NCBI GenBank assembly: GCA_049299895.1
Contig: JBAQYF010000031.1
Coordinates: 96,644 to 160,643 of the forward strand
Source: Candidatus Altiarchaeia archaeon
GTDB taxonomy: Archaea > Altiarchaeota > Altiarchaeia > IMC4 > QMZM01
Direction: 5' to 3'
DNA: 64,000 nt
Position 1 is the stretch's first letter, and each line of letters begins with the position of its first letter. The notes below the pieces were generated by a model. The model was not told the DNA's origin. It searched no databases and saw only the letters and a list, made by a program, of their open reading frames with translations. The position numbers and the translations under genes are program-made. This document shows positions 20,159 to 29,336 of this stretch, in pieces.

Positions 20159-20674
20159 TTATATGTGGAGGAGATTTATAAGCCCCGTGGAAACCGCCAC
20201 AAAAAAAGTGTATTTAATCAATTTAGCGCATAAGACCACTATCACGAATTCTTTATAATTCATCTTGGCAAGGCCCGGGATGACAGTCAGGGGATCAACG
20301 GGAATGGGCAAAGGGATCGGGGCGGCGAGTATCAAAAAGAGGCCGGGCCAGCCGTGTTTGTCCATCAGGTGCTTGGCTTTTTTCAGGTTTTCTTCTCCGA
20401 GCCTTTTTTCCACAAGCTCCGTTGCGTAGAATCCGATAGCGTAGTTTATGGACGTCCCGATCGTTGCGCCTACGGTGGCAACGACCACTATTTGAACGAG
20501 GTCCAGTTTAAGCCCCACCATAACGGGAAGGACTGCTTCGACCGAGAAGGGGATGAATATCGTCGAGCCGAGGATCGAGGAAATAAACAGCCCTGCGAGC
20601 CCGTAGTGCACTATCAGAGACGTCATCCAGCCTATAACGTCATGGAACATACCGGGTGGGTGCTCAATTGGGGG
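20159..20674 (-). CDS. DedA/VTT (SNARE-associated) family membrane protein
   Basis: Start chosen at the internal Met ('MPPIEHPP'), because the longer ORF overlaps dys. 'GWPGLFLILAAPIPLPIPVDPLTVIPGLAKM' matches the DedA core. Confidence 0.65.
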   Translation of the reverse strand, partial: PPIEHPPGMFHDVIGWMTSLIVHYGLAGLFISSILGSTIFIPFSVEAVLPVMVGLKLDLVQIVVVATVGATIGTSINYAIGFYATELVEKRLGEENLKKAKHLMDKHGWPGLFLILAAPIPLPIPVDPLTVIPGLAKMNYKEFVIVVLCAKLIKYTFFVAVSTGLINLLHI

Positions 20675-20723
20675 CATGATATAATTTATCGATATACGCC
20701 CATAAAATATAGATACCTGGAAA

Positions 20724-21659
20724 ATGGAGCCGATAAAAGACTTTAAACGCCCTACGGGCAACGTGGACGAACTGGTCAAAGGGATGTATGATTCCGGGGG
20801 ATTCACCGCAAAGAACCTCGGCATCGGGACAAACATCCTTGAGAGAATGGAGAAGGACGAATGCACACGCTTCCTGTCTTTTCCGGCGTGCATCATATCC
20901 ACGGGAACGCGCGGGGTCATAAAAGAGCTTGTTAAAGAGAAACTGTTCGACGTTGTGATCACGACCTGCGGAACGCTGGACCACGATCTTGCGCGCCTAT
21001 GGAAAGATTATTACCACGGAGACTTCGCATTAGACGACAAAGTGCTCCACAAGAAAGGAGTAAACAGACTGGGCAACATTCTCATACCGAACGAATGCTA
21101 CGGCGAGATCCTTGAAAAGAAGCTTCAACCGATGATCGAAGAGCTATACAAGGAAAAGAAGGAATGGTCCGGCCACGAACTCATCTGGAAGATAGGCGAG
21201 AAACTGGAGAAAGACAAAAGAAAGGATGAATCCATAATCTACTGGTGCTACAAGAACAAGATACCTGTCATGGTGCCGGGGATATTCGACGGCGCATTCG
21301 GCTCACAACTGTGGCTGTTCTGGCAGCAGCACCGCGACTTCAAGATAAATTTATTCCAGGACGAACAGGCGCTCTCAGACGTCGTATTCGACGCGAAAAA
21401 GGCGGGGGCGCTCATGATCGGAGGCGGGATCTCGAAGCATCACACGATATGGTGGAACCAGTTCAGGGACGGCCTGGACTATGCTGTTTACATAACTACT
21501 GCGACTCAATACGACGGAAGCCTATCCGGCGCGCGCCTGCAGGAAGCGATATCCTGGGGCAAGATAAAAGAAGAGGCAAGCCAGGTGACGATAGACGGCG
21601 ACGCGACGGTGATCCTTCCGTTGATGGCGGCGGCGTTGTTTGAGAGATTGAAAAAGTAG
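20724..21659 (+). CDS. dys: Deoxyhypusine synthase
   Basis: 311 aa. 'TCGTLDHDL' and 'MIGGGISKHH' regions are characteristic of DHS. Confidence 0.85.
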   Translation: MEPIKDFKRPTGNVDELVKGMYDSGGFTAKNLGIGTNILERMEKDECTRFLSFPACIISTGTRGVIKELVKEKLFDVVITTCGTLDHDLARLWKDYYHGDFALDDKVLHKKGVNRLGNILIPNECYGEILEKKLQPMIEELYKEKKEWSGHELIWKIGEKLEKDKRKDESIIYWCYKNKIPVMVPGIFDGAFGSQLWLFWQQHRDFKINLFQDEQALSDVVFDAKKAGALMIGGGISKHHTIWWNQFRDGLDYAVYITTATQYDGSLSGARLQEAISWGKIKEEASQVTIDGDATVILPLMAAALFERLKK

Positions 21660-21671
21660 AGAATTAATTCT

Positions 21672-22097
21672 CTAATGAACCAAACCGGGAAAAAAATACG
21701 TCGCTATTATCAGGTACAGGAGTAGCGCAGATCGTATCGACATAATATATATCTTCTTTCCTCTCAGTATCTGTATGTTTATCGCGGTATTCGCTATTGG
21801 GAGGAGCAGTATTATCGGGCTTATCGACCATGCGAAGTATCCGAATATTATGTATTCGCTCATCCTGTCCGCCGCCCAGTCCATGAGTTCGCCTACTTTT
21901 GATTCCAGTTTCTTTGCCCTTGCGACCGCGCCGTCCAATAAATCGAGGAGCGTTGCCGCGAGGATCGCAGCTATCGGATTGTATAACACGAATAGGGAGG
22001 CTACGACTGAGAGGCCGGATATCTGGCTGGGGGTTAACGGCAGGTTTATAGCAAGGTGCTTTCTTGCCTTCTTGAATGATTCTATAGGATTATCCAT
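21672..22097 (-). CDS. Small CDP-alcohol phosphatidyltransferase-family protein
   Basis: 'DLLDGAVARAKKLESKVGELMDWAADR' fits the D-G-x2-A-R-x8-G-x3-D-x3-D motif. 141 aa, membrane protein. Confidence 0.6.
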   Translation of the reverse strand: MDNPIESFKKARKHLAINLPLTPSQISGLSVVASLFVLYNPIAAILAATLLDLLDGAVARAKKLESKVGELMDWAADRMSEYIIFGYFAWSISPIILLLPIANTAINIQILRGKKIYIMSIRSALLLYLIIATYFFPGLVH

Positions 22098-22510
22098 AAC
22101 AGGAGTCCTCCGGTGAATAATATGTCCGCTATTATCATGTTCTTCATGGATTTTGGATAGAGCGAGAAATGCATTATCGTTTTATTGAAAGGATAGAAGG
22201 GGCGCGTCGGCCTTGTTAAAAAGTCGAGGAGGTAGTGAGCCAGTAGCGGGAAGAACATTACTGCGAAATTTCCGTATGCGTATGACAGGAGCATGATCGC
22301 TGCGCTGAATAATGCCAGCCCGTATAGCTCGTGGAAGCGGGAGCGGGATTCCGTGCCGTATCTTCCGGTGCGTATGGCCCGCATCGTGTGGCTCAGGTGG
22401 TCGAGGTCGGGGATCAGGCCGAATAGCACTCCCAGGAGTATCAGGTTAGGGTCCGCTGTCAGGCTGCATGCCACCAGATACGATGCTAGTATGTGCGCTG
22501 CGAGATTCAT
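22082..22510 (-). CDS. Membrane-bound metal-dependent hydrolase-like protein (DUF457/YdjM-like)
   Basis: A small 4-TM protein with a His/Asp-rich 'IPDLDHLSH' loop. Confidence 0.45.
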   Translation of the reverse strand: MNLAAHILASYLVACSLTADPNLILLGVLFGLIPDLDHLSHTMRAIRTGRYGTESRSRFHELYGLALFSAAIMLLSYAYGNFAVMFFPLLAHYLLDFLTRPTRPFYPFNKTIMHFSLYPKSMKNMIIADILFTGGLLLWIIL

Positions 22511-22513
22511 CGT

Positions 22514-23608
22514 TTATTCCTTTTTCAGGTATATTGTTTGGGTGGGGAATGGTATCTCTATTTTCTCCCTGTTCAGGGCGTTGTATACGCCGGTGTTGAG
22601 TTCGTCGGTTATTTTGAGCTGGTCTTTGAAGCTCTCTATCCATGCTACCAGTAAGAAATTCAGGCTGGAGTCTGCGAATTCTTTGAAGAACACCTGGGGT
22701 TCAGGGTCTTTTAGGACTGAACTGCTTTTCATGGCTACGTCCATGACTGTTTTTTTGACTTTTTCAACGTCTGAACCGTAGGCTACGCCGAAGTTGATCA
22801 TGACTTTCAGCCTGGAATCAGGAAGAGCGTAATTCGTCACTTCGTTTATGACGACTTTTTCGTTGGGTATTATGACGAATGTGTGGTCCGGGGTCTGTAT
22901 CTTTGTCGTTCTCAGGCCTATGTCCACTACTTCGCCGCTAAATGAACCAACCTGTATGCGGTCTCCCCGCGCAAAGGGGCGGTCTACCAGGATGAAGAAA
23001 CCTGCCATCAGGTTTGAGAGGGTGTCTTTTGCCGCAAAACCTATCGCGATACCTGCTATCCCCAGGCTTGCGACAAGGGGTGTTATCTCTATTCCCAGTT
23101 GCGAGAGAATGATCATGACTCCAAGAGCGTATATCCCGAATTTTACCAGCTTTGACAGGAAGGGTATTGCTTCATCGTCCAGGGTGCTTTCGGTCTTTGA
23201 GGCTATCCGGCCCCCCAGTTCATTGATCAGTATGCTCGCGATCCCTGCCGTTACATAAGCAATGATGGATATGAACAGTATCGTTACCCCTTTAGTGAAA
23301 TAGGCCATATATGGGCTTCCCTGGAGCAGGTAATCTGCCGCTATTTGCACGCCCAGGAGGATTATGGCATAATATATGGGTTTATGTATCAATTCAAGTA
23401 TCAGGTCGTCTGCCCTGGTCTCGGTTTTCTCCGCGATCTTTTTAAAGTATTTCTCAACAAAGAAAAAGACAATCTTTGCCGCTATGACTGATGAAAGAAC
23501 GATTAAAACGGCTATAAGCAGGTTTTTGAAGGGAATAAGAGATTCCGGGAGATAACCAGTCATGCTTTGATCTATGATCTCTGCTATTTTGATAGTCTCA
23601 TTAGTCAT
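22514..23608 (-). CDS. Small-conductance mechanosensitive channel (MscS family)
   Basis: 'GIAIGFAAKDTLSNLMAGFFILVDRPFARGDRI' is the MscS pore/beta-domain signature. N-terminal TM helices. Confidence 0.85.
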   Translation of the reverse strand: MTNETIKIAEIIDQSMTGYLPESLIPFKNLLIAVLIVLSSVIAAKIVFFFVEKYFKKIAEKTETRADDLILELIHKPIYYAIILLGVQIAADYLLQGSPYMAYFTKGVTILFISIIAYVTAGIASILINELGGRIASKTESTLDDEAIPFLSKLVKFGIYALGVMIILSQLGIEITPLVASLGIAGIAIGFAAKDTLSNLMAGFFILVDRPFARGDRIQVGSFSGEVVDIGLRTTKIQTPDHTFVIIPNEKVVINEVTNYALPDSRLKVMINFGVAYGSDVEKVKKTVMDVAMKSSSVLKDPEPQVFFKEFADSSLNFLLVAWIESFKDQLKITDELNTGVYNALNREKIEIPFPTQTIYLKKE

Positions 23609-23845
23609 GATATCTATTAGGTTTAGGGGTTTTTAAGGTTTCCGCAGGGATGAATCACACTAGTCGCAAAAAAAGCCATATTAGCGTCGATTAGTCAGGA
23701 TTTACCAGGCTTTTAACCTGATAGAATCATGGATGGAAACGAAAGGTATTTATATGAGTCATGACTAAATCATAACTATCAAAAAATTATCATAGTTTAT
23801 CCAAGACAGACCCGCAGTTTAATCATGACATCGGGGGAATAAATC

Positions 23846-24322
23846 ATGAAACAACAAGATTCATACAGCGACGAATTCGACCAGCTCACGGGCGAGATAT
23901 CGGACGTAGTAGAGGAAATACCCGATCCAGTCGTCGTAGGAAAGCTCCTATACAACATAGCCTCAGAAAAGAAGAGCTATAACCTTGTCGTAAAGGACAT
24001 AAACGCCAAATTCGACCAGTTAGGCGAAAAACTCGACAGGATCGCGACCCTCCTTGAGAAGATGAGCGAGAAGAAGGAAGCAGTCGTGACTGAAAGAAGA
24101 GCAGAAAGCATAGAGATATCAGACAGAGACAAAGAGATACTCGACTTCGTCAAAGCCAGGAAAAGAGTCTGCGCGGACGACGTACAAGACAGGTTCCAGT
24201 ATAAGGGCAGGAACGCTGCGAGCGCGAGGCTCCACAGGCTGTACAGGGACAAGGTACTGGAAAAAGTGCACGCAGGAAGAAACGTATACTACACGATAAG
24301 AAATCAGGACCAACCGGCATAA
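23846..24322 (+). CDS. Small transcriptional regulator with C-terminal winged-helix domain
   Basis: The C-terminal 'DKEILDFVKARKRVCADDVQDRF...SARLHRLYRDKVLEKVHAGRNVYYTI' has a wHTH (MarR/TrmB-like) pattern. Confidence 0.55.
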   Translation: MKQQDSYSDEFDQLTGEISDVVEEIPDPVVVGKLLYNIASEKKSYNLVVKDINAKFDQLGEKLDRIATLLEKMSEKKEAVVTERRAESIEISDRDKEILDFVKARKRVCADDVQDRFQYKGRNAASARLHRLYRDKVLEKVHAGRNVYYTIRNQDQPA

Positions 24323-24328
24323 TTACAT

Positions 24329-24545
24329 TCAACCAACCACCTCCATCATGCTCCCCCGAAAGGGGGACTTGATGGTTATGATCAACCAACCACCTCCATT
24401 CCAACAATGCCCCCCGACAAGGGGGGCATGGAATGGTAAAAATCAACCAACCACCTCCATCATACTCCCCCGAAAGGGGGCATGATGGTTATGATCAACC
24501 AACCTCCTTCATTCTCTTCCCCATGCAGGGAAGAAATGGTAATCT
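24329..24545. repeat. Four tandem ~53-60 nt units: conserved box ATCAACCAACCACCTCC + hairpin with C5/G5 stem and GAAA-type loop
   Basis: Read directly from the sequence. Units start near 24329, 24381, 24442 and 24495. The stems differ between units but stay complementary (CCATCATGCTCCCCC/GGGGGACTTGATGG; CCATTCC..ATGCCCCCC/GGGGGGCATGGAATGG; CCATCATACTCCCCC/GGGGGCATGATGG). Confidence 0.9.
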
Positions 24546-24678
24546 TTCTGAGAATAATTCTTTTCTGGATGATGCCCACGGGGCGATAAAATAACGTAGT
24601 CGCAGCAATTCGGTTTATATTAAACAGAGCGTATTAAAGAATCAGTCATGACTGGTGCGCCGACAGAAGAACGCATAC

Positions 24679-25896
24679 TCAGTCAACTATCTGCGACACG
24701 AACCATTCCCGGTCGAACTTCTTCAGGTCTTCGTATTTCTGCCCCATCCCAACGTAGATAACGGGCTTGTTCGTCACATGGGATATCGACAGAGCCGCCC
24801 CGCCCTTTGCGTCCGCGTCCATCTTCGTGAGTATGATCGCGTCTATTCCTATCTCACTGTTGAATTTCTCGGCTTGATCCAAGGCGTCGTTTCCTGTGAG
24901 GGAGTCGCCGATGAATATCTTTAAGTCCGGTTTGTTTACGCGGACGATCTTTTTCATCTCGTCCATCAGGTTCACGTTCGTCTGCATCCTCCCTGCGGTG
25001 TCTGCGAGGACGACGTCTACGTTCCGGGCTTTTGCATGGGCCACTGCGTCGAACATGACTGCTGCGGCGTCGCCCGTCTTCTGGTGTTTTATGAGTTTTA
25101 CCCCTACTGAGTCGGCGTGTTTTTCTATCTGTTCTATCGCGCCTGCCCGGAATGTGTCCCCTGCTGCAAGCACGACGGAAAAGCCGTTGTTCATCAGCAT
25201 CCTTGCCATCTTTGCTATCGTCGTGGTCTTGCCTGTTCCGTTGACCCCGAAGAACACTATCTTGTAGGGCTTTTCCCCTTCGCGTATGGATCCAAGGAGG
25301 TCCACTTCATTGTCGGGTGTGAGAACGTCTATGAGCGTCTTTTTGATAGAGACCTTGATGTAGTGGTCGAGGCTGTCTTTGTCTATGTCCCGGTTCAAGA
25401 GGCGTTCTCTGAGGTCCCGGAGTATTGCTTCCGAAGTCTCCATCGCCACGTCGTTTTCGAGGAGGTCCATCTGCAGTTCTGTGAGCACGCCGTCCAGGTC
25501 TTTCTCGTTCAGCCTGATGGTTTTACGGAATATCCCTTTTATCTGGGTGATGGTGGAAAGCTTTACGCCCCCCTTATCGCCTGAGTCGCGCGAGGGAACG
25601 TCTTTTCTGTCCCATGCCTCCTGGATGGCATCAATCTTCTGTATCTCCCGGACCGCGGAATGTTTCTCTTTAACTGTCTCAGCGTCGGTTTTGACCGTTT
25701 CGTCCTGTATCCTGGACCTGGGAATCTCTTCCTTTTTGTCTACTTTGAAGTAGTCTTCTCCGGGTTCCCGGCTGACAGGCCTTGCCTCCTCGCGGGGGAC
25801 CGTAACCTGCGCCGAGAGTTCCTGGAACTCCTTTTCCGCTACTTCCTCGGTCTTGCCGATGAATTTATTTATTTTGTCCTTAAGAGACTTGAACAT
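24679..25896 (-). CDS. ftsY: Signal recognition particle receptor FtsY
   Basis: NG domain with 'GVNGTGKTTTIAKMA', 'DTAGR' and 'TKMDADAKGGAALS'. Acidic N-terminal region. Confidence 0.9.
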   Translation of the reverse strand: MFKSLKDKINKFIGKTEEVAEKEFQELSAQVTVPREEARPVSREPGEDYFKVDKKEEIPRSRIQDETVKTDAETVKEKHSAVREIQKIDAIQEAWDRKDVPSRDSGDKGGVKLSTITQIKGIFRKTIRLNEKDLDGVLTELQMDLLENDVAMETSEAILRDLRERLLNRDIDKDSLDHYIKVSIKKTLIDVLTPDNEVDLLGSIREGEKPYKIVFFGVNGTGKTTTIAKMARMLMNNGFSVVLAAGDTFRAGAIEQIEKHADSVGVKLIKHQKTGDAAAVMFDAVAHAKARNVDVVLADTAGRMQTNVNLMDEMKKIVRVNKPDLKIFIGDSLTGNDALDQAEKFNSEIGIDAIILTKMDADAKGGAALSISHVTNKPVIYVGMGQKYEDLKKFDREWFVSQIVD

Positions 25897-25916
25897 TTTT
25901 CACTGTTACTTTTCTC

Positions 25917-26354
25917 TTATTTTTTTTCCTGCTGCATATGGGAAATAAGATGCCTGTATTCGTCATCCAGCGCCTGGATAGCGTCCGTGGTCTCGAGTGC
26001 CGCCTTTCTCATCTTCTCCTGGGCCTCGCCCGCCTGGCGGACCCTGTCCTCAAAGAATTTTCTGGCCTCAGGTATGCTCTTTTCAAGGGAAAGGGCCGAT
26101 CCTACTCCTACGAGGATCTTGTCCGTTTCCATCAGTTTCGCGCGTATGAATGAAGCTGAGCCGACGGAAACAAGTATCTCCGTTCCGGCCTTGTTCTCTT
26201 CGAGAGCGGAAATCGCATTCAACGAGCCGCGCAGCTCTTCCATGGTCGTTTCCAGTATCTGCATCTGGCGGTTGATCGATTCCATCTGTCTTTTGTATTG
26301 CTCGGCCTCCAACATGAGAGCCTGTATCTCTTCCCTTCCGTCTGTTGTTTCCAT
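25917..26354 (-). CDS. pfdA: Prefoldin subunit alpha
   Basis: 145 aa coiled-coil/beta-hairpin pattern, sitting beside ftsY as in most archaea. Confidence 0.8.
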   Translation of the reverse strand: METTDGREEIQALMLEAEQYKRQMESINRQMQILETTMEELRGSLNAISALEENKAGTEILVSVGSASFIRAKLMETDKILVGVGSALSLEKSIPEARKFFEDRVRQAGEAQEKMRKAALETTDAIQALDDEYRHLISHMQQEKK

Positions 26355-27032
26355 TCAAACACGCTCCAAAATTTTCACGTTCTTTCCGTCAGCGACTATG
26401 ACTTTCTCCGGCCTCCTCCTGGCAAAGACCCCGTCTTCGACGACGCCTGGTATGCACTTTAGGTCCGTTTCCAGTTTCCCGGGATCGACGATGTTGAACC
26501 TGCAGTCCAGGATGAGATTCCCGCTATCGGTTACAAAGCCTACGCGCCTGCGGGGAAGACCCCCCATCGCGACGATCTCGTCCCATACGTATTTTTCAGA
26601 AAAAGGAAGGACTTCCAGCGGCACCGGAAAATTCCCGAGCCGGGAAACCATCTTTGACCGGTCTACTATGACTATGAATTCTTTTGAAGCGGACGCGATT
26701 ATCTTCTCTCTTGTATGTGCGCCGCCCCCTCCTTTTATGAGATTGAACTTCGGGTCTACTTCATCCGCGCCGTCTACGTCCAAGTCCATTTTCGGGTGTT
26801 CGTTTACGTTCGATAGTCTTATTCCCAGGCTGCCTGCGAGTTTTTCCGATGCAACCGACGTGGGAACGGTCGTTATGTCGAGGCTTTGCTCTTTGATCTG
26901 CGCGGCGAGTTTTTCAATAAAAAACCGGACAGTGCTCCCTGTTCCGAGCCCCAGTATCATACCATCCTTAACGTAGCTGACCGCTTTTTCTCCGGCCGCT
27001 TTTTTCGATGCTTCCGCATCAGTACCGTTCAT
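26355..27032 (-). CDS. rpiA: Ribose-5-phosphate isomerase A
   Basis: 'GMILGLGTGSTV' and 'DGADEVD...KGGGGA' are RpiA motifs. Confidence 0.85.
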   Translation of the reverse strand: MNGTDAEASKKAAGEKAVSYVKDGMILGLGTGSTVRFFIEKLAAQIKEQSLDITTVPTSVASEKLAGSLGIRLSNVNEHPKMDLDVDGADEVDPKFNLIKGGGGAHTREKIIASASKEFIVIVDRSKMVSRLGNFPVPLEVLPFSEKYVWDEIVAMGGLPRRRVGFVTDSGNLILDCRFNIVDPGKLETDLKCIPGVVEDGVFARRRPEKVIVADGKNVKILERV

Positions 27033-27313
27033 TTGTTCACCTTGTGTATGTTCCGGATAATATGTCCTCCAAGCGCGGGATTCTTGCGGAACGCATCTAT
27101 TGCTTCCATCTCCGCGACGATCTCCAGGAGCGCCAATGCCTGCTTTTCCAGGTGTCCCGTCTGCTGGGCATCCCAGAGAAACAATTTAGCCTCGTCGAAT
27201 CCGTTCTTCTCGACGTTGCGTCCCACGCTGTGCAAAAACGTAGGATCGAAGAATTGATCCTTTATTCCGGGATGCTCCCGTACGAAACGTAAAAATTGAG
27301 TTAGTTCACCCAT
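27029..27313 (-). CDS. Hypothetical small protein (94 aa)
   Basis: An ORF overlapping the rpiA start by 4 nt, implying translational coupling. No recognisable family. Confidence 0.35.
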   Translation of the reverse strand: MGELTQFLRFVREHPGIKDQFFDPTFLHSVGRNVEKNGFDEAKLFLWDAQQTGHLEKQALALLEIVAEMEAIDAFRKNPALGGHIIRNIHKVNK

Positions 27314-27381
27314 GGAGAATTTTGAGCCCCAGGCTCTTTGTCATTAGGTAAATATTATCTTCTTTAAATAAGAGCGCATGC

Positions 27382-29280
27382 CTATACGAACCTCGGCCTC
27401 TCGGAAACATTCCTGGGAAGGGGAAGGGGCTTGTACGGCAGACCGGCTGTTTGACTCTTTACTTCGTCTATTAGTTCATTCAGGGTCATTTCTTTCTGTT
27501 CGCCTGTCGCTCTCACCCGGATCTTGTATTTCCCGCTCTTCTGCTCGTTCTCGCCGATAACAAGCGTGTAGGGGATCCATTCGGTCTCGGCTTCCCTTAT
27601 CTTCTTTCCGACCGTTTCATTGCGCTCGTCTATGTCCACGCGTATGCAGTTCTTCCCTATCTCGTCTGCTATTTCTTTTGTGTAATCGTTGAACTGCTCG
27701 TTCAATGGAGCAAGACGCACCTGGGTCGGCGACAGCCACACGGGGAGCATGGCTTTTTTGCCCTTCTGCGAATTGAGGTATGCCATTTCCAGGAGCGCGA
27801 AAACGTTCCGGTCTATGCTTCCAGAAATGCTCGCATGGAGCATAATGGGGTGTTTTTCCTTTCCTTCCGCGTCGATGTATTTTATCCCGAATCTTTCGGT
27901 ATTTTCAATGTCTATCTGCACGGTCGAGAGCGCAGATGCTTTGTTCAATGCGTCGACGAAGTTGAATTCGAATTTCATGACAAAGTAGAAGGGGCGCGAG
28001 TTCCACATCTCTATTATCACGGGTCTTCCTGCGAGCCTTACGAGTTCGTCCGCGAAATCCCTGTTTGCTTCGTAGAATTCGCGCACGAACCTTATCCCTA
28101 TTTCATATTCGACGCCCAGGTCTTCCATCCACTTCAACGAGAGCTTGAACTGCTTCAGGAATTCCTCCTTTGCACCGACCATGTCCTTTGTCAACGTGTG
28201 CATATCAGGCATGGTGAATGCCCTCAGCCGGCGCAGTCCCACCAGTTCTCCGCTCTTTTCGTAGCGGAAGCTGTAATGGGATAATTCATATAATCGGACA
28301 GGGAGGTGCTTGTATGATATGGTCATGTCATGCTTCATAAGGTATTGCCCGAAGCATGCTGCGAATCTCAGGAAGTATTCTTTTTCCCCGGACATCAGGC
28401 GGTACTGTCTTGCCGGGAAACGGTCCAGGTATTTGGACAGGCATGGATGGGCTATGTCATACATAATAGGTGTTTCCACCTGCATTCCCCCGAGGCCTGC
28501 GACTATGTTCGATACGCGCTCTTCGAGTAGCCTCTTTATCAATGAACCTTTTGGATACCAGCGCATGTTGCCCTGATCGCTCCCGGGCTCGTAATCTGCT
28601 ATCTCGTGTGCACGCATGTATTTTACGTGGGGAGGCTCCTGGTCTACTGCGCGCACTTTGTTGACTTCGTAGTCCGAGAACTTTTTTAAGTTCGTTTCTT
28701 CCTTTTTGAACTTGTATTCCGGGAGGGGTATGAGTTTGCCCTGCATGTCCAGTACGTACCACTCGGATTTAAGGGAGTCCTCTGTTTTGAGCGCCGCGGA
28801 TACGCGGGCTTCGGCTTTTTTCTCCTCCTTTGCTACGGATGCCGCCTCGGGGGCTATGCCTTCCGGGAGGATGGTCCTCGAAAGTTCCGACAGCGGGTGT
28901 CCCTTGCATTTTATCTCGAATCCCTTGTACCAGCCGAAAGGGGCCTTTATGACCTTGGCATCCTCTTTCTTCAATATTTCATAGGCGTCGTCCAGGACCT
29001 TTTTTGCAGTCTTCGGAGCCGACAGGGAGCTTGAAAGGTGGGCGTAGGGATACAATGCGATAGATGCAGCGGCAACGTCTTTTGCGGTCTTCTTTATTTC
29101 CGCGACCAGCTGGCTTGTAACGGAGTCCAGGCCGGATTCGTCGACTTTCTCCACTGCGATGAAGGCTACGAGAACGTTTTCAGCGGAGTCCTGGGTACCT
29201 GTCAGTTCCTCTGCGTCTTTTATGGCCTTCTTTTTAGCCTCAAATTTAATATAATCCGAATGTATCAGAAGAATTCGCAT
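27382..29280 (-). CDS. thrS: Threonyl-tRNA synthetase, archaeal type with N-terminal editing domain
   Basis: Start set at 'MRILLIHSDYIKFEAKKK', the archaeal ThrRS editing-domain N-terminus. Class II core with 'HRD' motifs and an anticodon-binding C-terminus. Confidence 0.85.
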   Translation of the reverse strand: MRILLIHSDYIKFEAKKKAIKDAEELTGTQDSAENVLVAFIAVEKVDESGLDSVTSQLVAEIKKTAKDVAAASIALYPYAHLSSSLSAPKTAKKVLDDAYEILKKEDAKVIKAPFGWYKGFEIKCKGHPLSELSRTILPEGIAPEAASVAKEEKKAEARVSAALKTEDSLKSEWYVLDMQGKLIPLPEYKFKKEETNLKKFSDYEVNKVRAVDQEPPHVKYMRAHEIADYEPGSDQGNMRWYPKGSLIKRLLEERVSNIVAGLGGMQVETPIMYDIAHPCLSKYLDRFPARQYRLMSGEKEYFLRFAACFGQYLMKHDMTISYKHLPVRLYELSHYSFRYEKSGELVGLRRLRAFTMPDMHTLTKDMVGAKEEFLKQFKLSLKWMEDLGVEYEIGIRFVREFYEANRDFADELVRLAGRPVIIEMWNSRPFYFVMKFEFNFVDALNKASALSTVQIDIENTERFGIKYIDAEGKEKHPIMLHASISGSIDRNVFALLEMAYLNSQKGKKAMLPVWLSPTQVRLAPLNEQFNDYTKEIADEIGKNCIRVDIDERNETVGKKIREAETEWIPYTLVIGENEQKSGKYKIRVRATGEQKEMTLNELIDEVKSQTAGLPYKPLPLPRNVSERPRFV

Positions 29281-29336
29281 AGCATTATCCCTCGATTCGT
29301 ATAATCTTTTAGGAGGACGTGAATAAATTATATACA

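Noticed and set aside
20159-20962. Full 267-aa ORF for the DedA-like gene
   Set aside because: The N-terminal 95 residues overlap the deoxyhypusine synthase gene on the opposite strand and are non-hydrophobic junk. The internal Met at 20674 gives a typical ~170-aa DedA protein.
24348-24491. 47-aa ORF (MLPRKGDLMVMINQPPPF...) running through the hairpin repeats
   Set aside because: It is produced by the repetitive sequence, has no start context, and has a Pro/Gln-rich nonsense composition.
24329-24545. Hairpin repeat array as a CRISPR array
   Set aside because: The units are contiguous, with no unique spacers of uniform length between them. The repeat stems differ from unit to unit, and there are no cas genes nearby.
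25660-26976. 438-aa + strand ORF spanning ftsY, pfdA and rpiA
   Set aside because: It lies antisense to three well-supported conserved genes and has a low-complexity Ser/Phe-rich translation.
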